Source: Antedon mediterranea
Taxonomy: Eukaryota; Animalia; Echinodermata
Assembly (NCBI RefSeq): GCF_964355755.1
Contig: NC_092680.1
Coordinates: forward strand, 9,300,001 to 9,364,000
Direction of reading: 5' to 3'
Length of the DNA: 64,000 nt
Below are positions 40,781-52,423 of this stretch, one piece after another (position 1 is the stretch's first letter; every line of letters starts with the position of its first letter). A program made the translations under genes and the position numbers. The notes below the pieces were generated by a model. That model was given only the letters and a program-made list of their open reading frames with translations. It ran no database searches and was not told the DNA's origin.

Positions 40781-41858
40781 GGGTGTCACGAAAGCTCAGA
40801 CCCCCTAAAGACCTAAGATCACGAAAGCTAAGACCCAACACCTAAGATTACAAATACTAAGATATACTACAGCTTAAAAACAATACTTGTTTATCCATAC
40901 ACAATTTTAAACACAGTAGGTTTCATTTATTACCATAAATATAATTTAATACTACCGCAAAACATAGATAAACTCACATTATTTTCGCCCGTTGAGTAAA
41001 TGTATATTTTTTCTTTACAACAAACAAACTTGACGGGTTGTTTGTTGGTATATATTTACTCCATTGTGTTGGTTCAGAGGATGTTTTTCTTACGCACCTG
41101 CCTTTCTTGTATTTTGACTCCAAATTTGTTGACTAACTTTATCCTGAACACCACACTTTAAAATTAGGACTTATAAGTACTTTCAGAAGGAGAAACACAT
41201 AATAACAAATAAATAAATCCTTTAAATTGATGATTTTACAGATGTGTTTCTTTGTACTGTATACTGTAATGACAATGTAACTCCTCGAGCTCCCCATGCT
41301 CAATGTTTTTGTTTCTATGGAGCGCCAAAAGAGCAACAATAATAGTACAAGTATAAAAACAGAAAGAAAACGAAACAAAAAAACTTATCATGATTTTTAA
41401 ATTAAAATTTATTTGCCAGTATTTATTTCTTCGTACTTGCATGATTATACTATTATCATTACAATTTTAATTTTACATTGTTCCATCCACACTGTAGACG
41501 GACTCCACAGAGTTTTCAGCCCTCTATATAATTTTTGCTCTTTTGACGTTCCATAGAAACAAAAACATTGAACATGGCCCATGGGGTAGGCCTACTGTAC
41601 TGTAGGCTAGTCATTTTGTGTGCGAGAAAAACGTCTGTAAAATCATCAATTTAAAAATGTATTTGTTACTTTTTATGTGAATTCTTTTTCATGAAAGTGC
41701 CAATTCTAAGGTGTGGTATTCAGAATAAATGTTGGGAGTTAAAATACAAGGCAGGTGCGAAAGATAAATATTTGTAATCTTAGGTGTTGGGTCTTGGCTT
41801 TCGTGATCTTAGGTCTTAGGGGGTCTGAGCTTTCGTGGTCTGAGCTTTCGTGACACCC
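40781..41858. mobile_element. GGGTG-ended foldback element (1.08 kb) with a 10-bp TSD
   Basis: Ends are GGGTGTCACGAAAGCTCAGACC and GGTCTGAGCTTTCGTGACACCC. CCTTTTTTGA is duplicated at 40771-40780 and 41859-41868. Internal arms are also inverted. Confidence 0.88.
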
Positions 41859-42009
41859 CCTTTTTTGATGATCTTATTTTGACCCAAACATTGCGTAGGC
41901 TATTTTATCTTACAGAAACGCCCCCATATCGGCATCATCTTTACAATGTTCTACATTTGTTCCTAATTAATTTGTCTGATGACAAGTACATGTATTTGTG
42001 TTTAAAAAA

Positions 42010-42270
42010 ACATTGAGGGCGATAAGCATAAAATTTACGAGAATGAATCCACAGAAAACAAAAATTGACTGAACCAAATGACCCAGTACGTAACTATTGT
42101 CATAGTGTCCTCTCCCTACATCTGGTAATGTCGTGGAAACGACACAATGTCTCTGCCAGCATTGAGGTCGTTTCCACGGCATCACAAGCATTGACTTGCT
42201 TGTGTGGTGGAAAGCGGGACGACGGACAGTAGCTCCATAGCTTTAAACTCTATTCCACCACGACCAGCAA
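42010..42270 (-). mobile_element. Head-truncated copy of the tRNA-headed element at 54420-54766
   Basis: Collinear with 54430-54700 (ctacatctggta..gtcgtggaaacgac..ctctattccaccacgaccagca). Confidence 0.7.
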
Positions 42271-42279
42271 CAAAGATTG

Positions 42280-42438
42280 AGTGTCACGAAACCTAAGACC
42301 ACGAAAGCTAAGACCCCCCTAAGACCTAAGATCACGAAAGCTAAGACCCAAGACCTAAGATTACAAATTCTAAGATATACTACAGCTTAAAAACAATACT
42401 TGTTTATCCATACATAATTTTAAACACAATAGGTTTCA
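42280..42438 (+). mobile_element. Solo left arm of the 40781 foldback family
   Basis: gtgtcacgaaa..aagaccccctaagacctaagatcacgaaagctaagaccc...taggtttcat matches 40783-40926. Confidence 0.75.
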
Positions 42439-43439
42439 TCAAAGAATATATATCACAAGAATGAGTAATCCGCGATTTTCCCTGTAGTGTAACAGTAATA
42501 TTGTCCATGTGGTAGGGCGCCGCCATAAGTGTGGATGTATCTGGGATGTTATACAACTTTTTGTGACGGTTTCACTAATCAAAGGCTGGACCACCGGTAG
42601 TATTTTCATGATAAAAAATGTTATCAACTACATGCCAACATCATGTTAAATACTATTTGGATATTTAATTGTTCGTTTTATGCAATTTATTTAGTAAAAA
42701 CTGCCGTATAAACAGTTTGCTTTATCAACCGGGCGCTACGATAGCGTGACCGGGCGTGTTGGTGTTTACGCGTTTTCACGAAGGATAGTTTAATAATATT
42801 CCTATATTTAACTTGTTTCTGGTAAAACAAATAAATGTTAATGACATTTAACATTTTGTCCTATTAATAACATGTATTTTATACTAATTTATATCATAAA
42901 AACAATACTTAATTTACCGGGCATAGAGTAGTACACGGCAATGGTAAAGAATAGGCCGTGCTGAGTAACGATTCGTTGATTTTTGGTGTTTCTGTGTAAG
43001 GCCTTTTTTGTGAACTAACTTAGCATGTTAGTAAATAATTGTCTGTAAAAGTGAATGTACACTAGTTTGTTAATAAATATGTATTATAAAATAGTTTGCA
43101 ATTGCAAAAACTATCATCATAATTCTATTTAATGTGACATGTATAATATCTATTAAATCAAGTAAAAAAAACATTTATATGTTCAACAATGGCATTATAC
43201 AGTATAATATATAGATGTGTACATAAATGAAAACATTAGTAATAAACCATCATTTGGGGTTTTCTCTAGAAGAAATCAAGTTTCTTGTCTCGAGAAAGAC
43301 CCCAGAAACAATACACATACGTCATTTAAACTAATACAATTTACTACATAAAATAATAAATAAAAACGATGAAATAAAAATAGATACTTTCAGTGTACTC
43401 TACAATCATAATAATATTAAAATTAGTATAAAGAAATAA

Positions 43440-43745
43440 GATATTTTTTTAAATTTTTACGAAAAGTATAAAGAGATTTAAAATGCTTTAGTTTGTCATC
43501 AAGATCATTCCAGATTCGCGGTCCTGTAAACAGAAATAAAATATTCGGAAATTTTCAGTCTAAAAGGAGGTACATCAAGATACTGAAATTTATTGTCGAT
43601 ACGTAAATTGTACTTGTGTGATTTTGTATGCCATGACTTACTAGATTAGACATTGTCACAGGGAGTTTGGTATTAAAGAATTGAAAAATAAAGGAAGCAA
43701 TTTGTCACTTTTGTAAATAGATCATGTAGACTAAGAATATAGAGT
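43440..43745 (-). mobile_element. 3' fragment of a CR1/L2-type LINE
   Basis: Degenerate translation ILSLHDL...FQFFNTKLP...HKYNLR...FTGPRIWNDL resembles the ORF2 C-terminus. Confidence 0.55.
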
Positions 43746-44121
43746 TTTTTAATTCGGGAGACTCCCGGATATTAATCGGGAGGGTTGGAACGTCTGTAAA
43801 TGACACCCCTGGCTGGAAATGGTACTCTCGCACGTAAAAATTATGAAAAATGGCACCTCTAGTTGGCCAGTAATAGCGCGCTCGCAATTGGCAATTTTTT
43901 TTTTACTTTGAAAGATATTCGGAGAGGAGATTATTTTGTGTAAAGTGTATTCCTTAAAATTGAAGTTTGCCCTCTATTAGTTTTGATGCTCAACAGAGCA
44001 TGCATTTAGTTAGTCTCCAAACTAAACTGCTTGCTTACTTAGGTTTCTGTCCTTGTTGACGTTGGGTAAAAACATAAAATTGCTCAATACCAGCGCCCTT
44101 GTTTTTACCGTTTCCTTCACA

Positions 44122-47100
44122 ATGTCTTCCTTTAAAACAAATAGTGGCTTTTGGATCACAATAATTAGTATATGTGTAACTGTTAGTCACAGTCAAATTG
44201 GTGAGTTTTAAGGGTGATTTTTGTACTTTTTAACTGTTTTAACTAGGCAAGGCTACTGCTGCTGCTGTGGAGAAACAAATTGGAAGCTAGGCTCAGAGCC
44301 CCTAGTACCATAGCATAGGCAAATTTAAAAAAACACCACCAGGCCACTTGTATGTAATTTTTTTGTCATCATAAACTAGGTAAACTACTAGTAGTAGTAA
44401 ACACTAACAATTATAATAATTTTTGCAATATCTGTAATCTAGGCCTCGTTCCTATCTATAATCTCAATGATACTAAATTGCTTGCGTAATTTTACGTATC
44501 TCCCCCAGAAACTGCTGAATGGTACGTGCTCACATTTGGCACACTGATGTTTCTTGATGGGTCGCACACGATAGGCTTTATCTCTTTCCTGAATTTTAAA
44601 GATAAACACTAAAAAGGCAAATAATTTAACAGAAATTTAACGTCTCAACGGCCATGTTTCGCAAATTGTAAACATACACTAGACACATCATTTAAAAAAA
44701 AATTTTCTTTTTTTTGAGGATAAAGGTCAAGTAGAACAATTAAACAAATTTAATGCAAGCCCATCTGATAATGAATTTATTTTTGTTTGCAGTTTGTGTT
44801 ATTGAACCATTAAAATTAGAGCTGGACACCGGATCAAGTGGCATGCTGACGTGTTCTTGTCAAGGCACCACAGCAACTGATGAAATGTGGTGGTGTCAAG
44901 ACAACCAGGAATGCGCCAAACAAGCAGCTATCGAAGCTGACCCAGCAAACTTTCTAACGAGTAGTGCTTTCAACAATGGACTTCTAGTCGGCGTTCTTAC
45001 TGTGTTGGATGCTCAGTCACGGCACAGTGGATTATATTATTGTAAAACAAAAGACGGTGGCAGTTTCGATGCTTCAATCGAGGTATCAAATGGTAAGTTG
45101 AAGTAATGGACTAATAATTATTACTAAATAGTACATGTAAATGGATAACTGCAATTTATTTTCCCATGCCTTGATAATAAATACTGTATAAATATACTGT
45201 AAACTTTGCATATACAGTAGTATCATAAATTATAAACTCCAAGCCATTTCATTTTTTATATTTCACACCATAGAAGTGCCACAGGCATTGACTTAAAAAT
45301 TGTTATATACAACAATTGTTTTTAAACAATATTAATATACTGTACCTCTCCTTTTTTTGAAACACTACTAAAACGGCAATGACAAGTTTGACAACCACTG
45401 CCAACCTCTATTCAGGAGACAACATCCCCCCACCCCATCTCTATTAACTAAAGTACAGTACTAAAATGTGGCAGTACTCAGGCTGTTTCTGGAATACGTG
45501 ACAATAGAAATTTTGAAGCAGAGATCTGGTCATACATCAAAACAGATTATTTTTGGTTTTTTATTTGATTTTGTAATTTAAAAAATGATTCATTAGTCAA
45601 ATCATCATCATCATCAATATACTGTAATCAAGGACATTACATCCAATTTAGGTGGAGTATATAAACCAGTTAATGAAACGGAAGGGGGTGGTGAAGACGT
45701 TATAAAAGAAGTTGTTGTTATGAGCAGCAAAAACCCAGAAATCATAGCCTCAGAAAAAACGCCAGTAACAACAGATGCAAAATCTGGTGGATTACATCAA
45801 GGTATAATTTGTACTAATTTCAGTACATTTGTTAGTTTATTATTATTCGGTGGTAGTGTACAGTAACTAACAACACTTTTGGATGCACACATGCAAATTC
45901 TTTTTGTTTTGACTTTTGTAAACTCTATCCTAAACCAGTTTTGATTTTGTCAATCCATGACAAAGTGCCATACTGTTACTGTCCTCCTTCTTACAATGGA
46001 AACAATTGCATGTGATTACTAATTATGTAAAATTATTTTATTAAGATATTACAGAATACTTTAATAAAATGTGTTTGCAGTTAACATTTTGGATTGTTCT
46101 TTATTTATGAAGGTGGTTTATGTATTAACATTTTAAACTGTTTTTAATTTGTTATTGGTTGTTACTTGGATTTCTTGCAAATAGCACAGATCACTGATGT
46201 CTGTCCTTATTCAATTCACTCTTTGCAGATCTTTCTTAGGCATTTTTTTTGCTGCCAATATGATATTTATAAATTTATACCGTATGTTGGGTACCCTTTT
46301 TGCTGCCAATAAAAAATACCATATATTTTGGTTTTCCATAACTTGTTTACACATGGATGGATTATCTAAACTCAACAAAAGTAAGGAACTGCAACATTTG
46401 CAAATAATCTGTTGGTGAAACAAATATTTCGGGAAAATTAACAAGGAATAAACAGAAAGCAGAGGATACACAACATCGCAAAAGATTTGAGGTATCGAAA
46501 GGCAGGTTGGGTAAAAAAGATGAATTTTAACATGACCACTCACTCAAAATACATAGTAGGCCTACAGGTACTAAACAATATGGTATAAAATATACAATAT
46601 TTTATACCGTATTTTTATACCATATTTTGAGGATATGCAGCAAAAACAGGCCCTTACTGTAGTTGTGTTATTGTAATTTGTTTTATGTTCTAAATAATAT
46701 ATAACAATTAGACTTTTTGTGTGTATGTGTTCAGTGTAGTATTAACAATAAACTAATAGTAATCCTGATACAATACAGTGTCCTTGCCACATGTGGATAT
46801 TATAGTAATGACCAGCGATCTTTATTTAAAGTACTACAGTAATTGTACTTACGATTTGCTGGTCATTTTTGTACAGCTAAATTCTAACTACTGCATACTC
46901 TCTTCTATATTGTACTGTTATTTTTTCCTTGGGGTTAAGATTACTGTATTATATAAAAAATGTATTTGTTAAATAGTTGAAACACCCAAAAATATATGTT
47001 TTTGTCATGACAATATATTTTTCTGATTTACTGTATAGTATACAGTAATGTACTTGTAACTGTACTGTAACAATAATACAGCATGATTTGTTATTCTTAG

Positions 47101-50100
47101 ATCATTCCTTTATCCTATCTGATAACAAAAGAGTTCCTATGGTGTAATTTAATTAATAGAAATGATTTCCTGAATGATTTAAAACAATGTAGAAAAAACA
47201 TACTGGATTTGGTCAACTACCTTTGTTATTGCCAAAACAACACTATTGGATGCAGTGCATTTACAGTAGTGAATGTACAGTAAATTAAAAAAACAATTGA
47301 ATGTTTTGATCACAAAAAACACAATAAAATGAATAGTGTACTTTAGTGTAAATGAAAATTTGTATAGTACAGAGTGCTATGGAGTAAAAGGTACTATTTC
47401 TATTTCTGCTATTCTCATAGTATAGCCAACATTTTAAATTCTATTTATTAAAAAAAATAAAATACATAAAACAATTGTTACGTAAAAATAAGTCCGTTCT
47501 AAATTCTAAATTAAAAATAACCCATCCCTACAAAATAGTGTGTTATTAAACTGGTTAATACTGTATGTAGTATGCTTTTGATGATGTGGGTAATCCTTAA
47601 CCAGATGTTACATAGATAACTATTTATACCAATCTATTCAGTTTTATATTCAGTCATGCTAACCATATGCTATTCTAGGTTAGTGTTCATTTGATGATTG
47701 ATATCATGGAGCTCCATGGTTGAAAGTTATTCTATCTCATAGCAAGTATCGATGCCAGTGAAATATGTTACACTTTTCTGGGATTTTATTGTTTTTGTGT
47801 TGTTGTGTTGTTGGGTTTAAACAGGAAGGTATGAACAATTTAGCAGATTTGATTAAACTACAGTATATTTTAGTCGGAATGTACATTCCCATTTTTGTGT
47901 TATCTTTTTTATTGTTATGGTTTGTTTCTTTGGACGCACCTTCACAAGTTGAAGTGTGCCACTGATAAAAAAAAAAGTGCAGTGCCAATAAATTGTTATT
48001 ATATTTCTTTGTTAAAATTTGACTGAGGCTTAAATCCTCTAGACTGAGTTGGGGGATATTCCTTCAGGCATCCACATTTTGTTTGGATGGGTGTTAAAAA
48101 TAGTCAGGTCTGGGTCAGTGAAAATCCTATCCAATATAGAAAAAAAAACCATTCTCATGTTCATTATACTGTACATCAGTAATACAACCTTAGGAAGTTT
48201 TGTAAACCAATTTGAATTGCAGTTAAAACATGTGTTCTCTGCAGGTACTCTGTTTAAAGTACATGCTACTCACTGTATTCATTTTTTAGCTGGTACTGTA
48301 GGCCTTATGCATCTGTAGTATTCTTGTACCTGTAGTATATTGTTACATATTAAATAAAATAGGCATAAATTGTTATTTTGTTTAAACCTGGATAACTAAT
48401 TTTAACACCTACCTTTTCTAAATTTTAAAACAAATGTTTTTAAGGTCTAATGAAAAGTATAGTTAAATGTTGAAATGTCATTGTACGTCATTCATTGCAT
48501 TTTGATTGCCCTTTGAACTTTTTTCTATTGCTAGTTCAAAAGGGAGCAAAGATTATGAATGCTAACCTATTAATTGCATTTTATATTTGCATGTGCATGC
48601 CAAGTGGTCTGTAAATCCTAATGGTTAAAGATGTATTGTCCCCCTGAAAAAATAATTCTTAAACAGATTTTTGTTGAATATTCCATTTGAATGTAACATA
48701 ATAGTTATCCACTTTGACCAAAAATTGGATCGGGAAAAAAATGTATTTTTCTGAAAAAATGTAATTTGAAGCAAAAAATGGTCAAATTGGCTGTCAGCCA
48801 ATGGATTTTTGGTTGAATTTAACCATTTATTTTGTCATTTTATAAGTGAAAACATAATTTTTTTTCTATGGAAGTGATTAACTTGATTAAAACTACAAAA
48901 TAACATATTCAAAAGTCTGATTTAATTATGTATTCATTATTTTTCATGTTTTTGGGGGACAATACGTCTTTAAGCCTTTTATAAGCAAAAGCACTTTGTA
49001 TTTTCTAGAACTATTGTAAATTTAAGGCAGGCTGTGAAATTGTTTAAAAGATTTTTGTTTAAATACTGCAAAGCTCACTCTCTCGCAGGAGAAGATTGGT
49101 TAAACAGTTACTTATTTATTGTCTCTTTTTGTTTTCTTTTTTTAGCCCCCTATATTCAAATGACACCGAGTGAAAATCAGGTAATCACAACTAATGAGGA
49201 CATTGAAGTAAAATGCAGTGTAATAAATGCTGAAGCAACAGACATTACCTGGTACAAAGAAAAAGAACAACTACACACAGAAGGAAGCTATGAAATATAT
49301 GGTAACACACTTACAGTTAAATCACCTGGAAGTGACCAAGCAGGCACATACTCATGTCAAGCTATTGTTCAAAATAACAATGGATCAGCGTTGCAATTGG
49401 AACATTTTATTACACTCGGAGGTAAAGTCTTGTTCATTACTGAATTGAGCTTTCGGCTTTAGATAGTGAATAACCTTAAAGCTCAGGTAGAGGCATGAAT
49501 TTTAAATATAATATCTGGTTAATTGTACATAAATGAAATATTTGTAACAGAAATCAAGACGAAAAAACATGAATTTCACCTGCAGTCAAATACAAAATTT
49601 GGCAAAATTCTGCCATAAAAACCAGGAAGACTTTTTTTAGTAGTTAGGTAGTTTAACCATGTAACTATATAGTTCCATGGTTAAACCTAATGTAATAACA
49701 TGTCTGGTGACTCCTTAGAAGGTGAAAAAAGGTAATAAAAATGAAAATAAAAATCTGAAGTTGAATAAAAATAGCAGAAATGTAAAATACTGTATATTTA
49801 GTCATCTGATAACATTTTTTACCACACCGTTTATTTTTCATAGCTTTTTAAAATGCTTCTCTATTTACAAAATTTGTTTACAAAAGAATAGAGATTTTAC
49901 TGTGTAATTTGAACTATCCCCACACTGAAGAAAGTGCTTATTTTCAACAAGCTTGTGTAACACAAATAAATCCCAAAAAAATATGGAACATAAGGGAAAC
50001 TATAGCCTTTAAAGTCTTCATAAAAATAGTTATGGCTCTCCAATCAGTGCATGTACAGTACCCACCACCCACAGTACCTCAATATGATAGACAGTACGTT

Positions 50101-51897
50101 GCCTGTAATGGTTCGCCTCGATCACTATAATAACAGTCTTTCAACTCTTTCAACTGTTCTTTCTACTCAAAATTCATTTTCAGTAATGTTGTTTGTTAAT
50201 TTCTGAAGCTGCAAGATTTTATGATGATTTGGTTATGTTTGATGATGCCATTTTTCGATAAGCATACCTGTAAAAAACAAACCACTTTAATATACAAGTG
50301 GTCTGTCTGATTAGGTTACCTGTTGAATAAAGAACGTAGTACAATAATTCAATTCAATTAATAATATTAGTAGTATATTATTATTAAATATAGGTTATAT
50401 TCAATTTCAGAACCAATTAGTATAAAAGCCACGGAATCCGTGAAATACACAGAAGGTGAAATTGCAAGAGTGGTGTGTATAGCTACATCCAGCCCTCTAC
50501 CAACTATTTCATGGTTTTTAGATGGTTTAAACATCACAAATGTGATTGCACAGGGCAACACTAGCCACTACCAGGAAGTCGGGCGTGAGGATGGACCACA
50601 TGGTTGGAAGTCTACTCTCAGAGTTTTAGATCTGTCATTTGCTGACGCTGGTCTCTACAACTGCTCAGCATTTAACGGTGTCGTTCATGAGTACAGGACT
50701 ATTGACCTCAAAGTTCAAGGTCAGTATAAACAAAAAAAGAACAATTAAATAAATTAAAAAAACTTTATTGTGCTAAAGCGTGGCAATTGAAGCCAAAATA
50801 CTTATCACACTATGTAAGATCTATGTATCTTTCTTAAGTTGTTAGACTCATTAATTTTTGCAGTTTTGTTTGTAGTTTGTCTATAACAAGAGAAGATTAT
50901 TTGTGAAATGATAATAATAATAATTTGCTTTCAGATCGTATGGCTGCTGTATGGCCTTTCCTAGGCATTGTTGGTGAATGTACATTTTTAATTATTGTGA
51001 TTCTTATTCATGAAAAATGCACTGAGGAAAATTATGAAGAAGAGGAATACAATGAAGAAACAATTAAAATGTAAGGCTCTGTCTACAGTATCAAACTTTA
51101 TGTGACAAAAAAAATGTGATGTCCATAATTATATGGACATGATGATGTCATATTACTACCATACTTGGACACACCTTTTTTGTCAAACTAGTTTGATCGT
51201 GTAGACAGAGATTAAGAACATGACTTTGCAATTAATTTGAACAAATTAGGTTTGAAATATTAAATCACAATGATGTGTTCCACTTTTTTTCAGGTTATTT
51301 TATATGTAGTCAGTGTGTTTATTATGTGTTCGTAAATGAATATTTGCGCAATTTTAAAGGATAGAACATTTTAGTACTTCCATTAAAACAAGGAGGACTG
51401 TATTATATTTTTAACATTCAATGCTTTTATTAAGCCAGTAATTGTACAGTATGTGAACATAAAATGATCATCTAACGTTATAAGCTTAATCACAAACATG
51501 ATTAATAGATAGGTCATTATCTGATTTCTATGTTAATGATTTCTATTTATCATGTGAAATAATTAAAAAATAAATGTAAACTTTTTTGTTAAACCAGTTG
51601 TCAAGTACTTACTTGCTACGTTTTGACTATTTTCAGTAGCCTTGGTCACGCAAATGAGTAAGTACTTGACAACTGGTTTAACAAAAAAGTTACCACTTAT
51701 TTTTTAAATATCCATTTGAAACCAGATGAAATTTTTTTTAAATTTGAAATAATGATAATATATCCTGATAATTAAGTCACAATATTTCATATGAACTTGT
51801 TAATGAGAAATATTAATGTATTTTATATTTTTGCTTTAGAAACAAGAAGCATGACCCAATAAATGATAAAAATGATGTACGAGACAGAGAAAACTGA
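44122..51897 (+). CDS. Basigin/neuroplastin/embigin-family Ig transmembrane protein with three Ig domains
   Basis: Exons 44122-44200 (signal peptide), 44793-45092 (Ig), 45652-45801 (probable linker), 49146-49421 (Ig), 50411-50719 (Ig), 50935-51070 (TM) and 51840-51897 (TGA). The TM AAVWPFLGIVGECTFLIIVILIHEK carries the family's intramembrane Glu (basigin AALWPFLGIVAE). The C-terminus NDKNDVRDREN resembles basigin NDKGKNVRQRN. Confidence 0.9.
48629..48969. mobile_element. Kolobok-like MITE (TTAA TSD), second family
   Basis: TTAA-AGATGTATTGTCCCC...GGGGACAATACGTCT-TTAA. Degenerate relatives occur near 5300-5585, 28365-28590, 40615-40760 and 56290-56400. Confidence 0.8.
51075..51212. mobile_element. 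Harbinger-type MITE inserted into a splice donor
   Basis: TIRs gctctgtctacagtatcaaact and agtttgatcgtgtagacagag. TAA lies at 51072-51074 (within the GTAA donor) and at 51213-51215. Confidence 0.8.
51562..51706. repeat. Hairpin with a perfect 35-bp stem enclosing a degenerate hammerhead-like core
   Basis: 51579-51613 is the exact reverse complement of 51657-51691, and the stem extends imperfectly outward. The loop is 43 nt. Confidence 0.85.
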
Positions 51898-52334
51898 ATA
51901 AACTCGGAAAAACAGCAACAATAAGCAACTTGCTGCAGGAAATATTTTTTTACAAATAGCAATAATATCAACTTCTGTTTGTGAAATTTAGAATCATATT
52001 ATTATTGTAATATAATAACTCTTTTGATATTTCTTATAACTTCCCCCTTCCCTGTTTTTCATCATTGACCTTCTCACAAAAATGTAAAAACCGTTTTGAT
52101 ATATTACCAGTAATTGATAATATTAGTTATCAACAATAATAAATGTTTAAAATTGAAATAATTAAGAATGAGAATTAAGATTATTTGTATGATTTTTAGT
52201 TAAAACCTTCATTTATAATGAATGAGGAGCACAGATTAAAATTGTACAGTAATGTGAATACATACACCTCCTTTGGGACATCCCTATTAAGGGGACACTT
52301 TCCTATGAAGCGAACCATTGGAAATATATGTTTT

Positions 52335-52423
52335 AACAATATGGCTACCGTAACCCTTATTCAAGAGAAGAGGACAATAACAATATGGCTACCGTAACCC
52401 TTATTCAAGAGAAGAGGACAATA
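52335..52423. repeat. Perfect tandem duplication of about 44 bp
   Basis: aacaatatggctaccgtaacccttattcaagagaagaggacaat occurs twice, inside a degenerate MITE (aggggacac motifs) in the Ig gene 3' UTR. Confidence 0.85.

Noticed and set aside
50221-50311. Possible intronic C/D box snoRNA (ATGATGA...CTGA)
   Set aside because: No terminal stem or recognisable rRNA guide, and such motifs are frequent by chance in AT-rich DNA.
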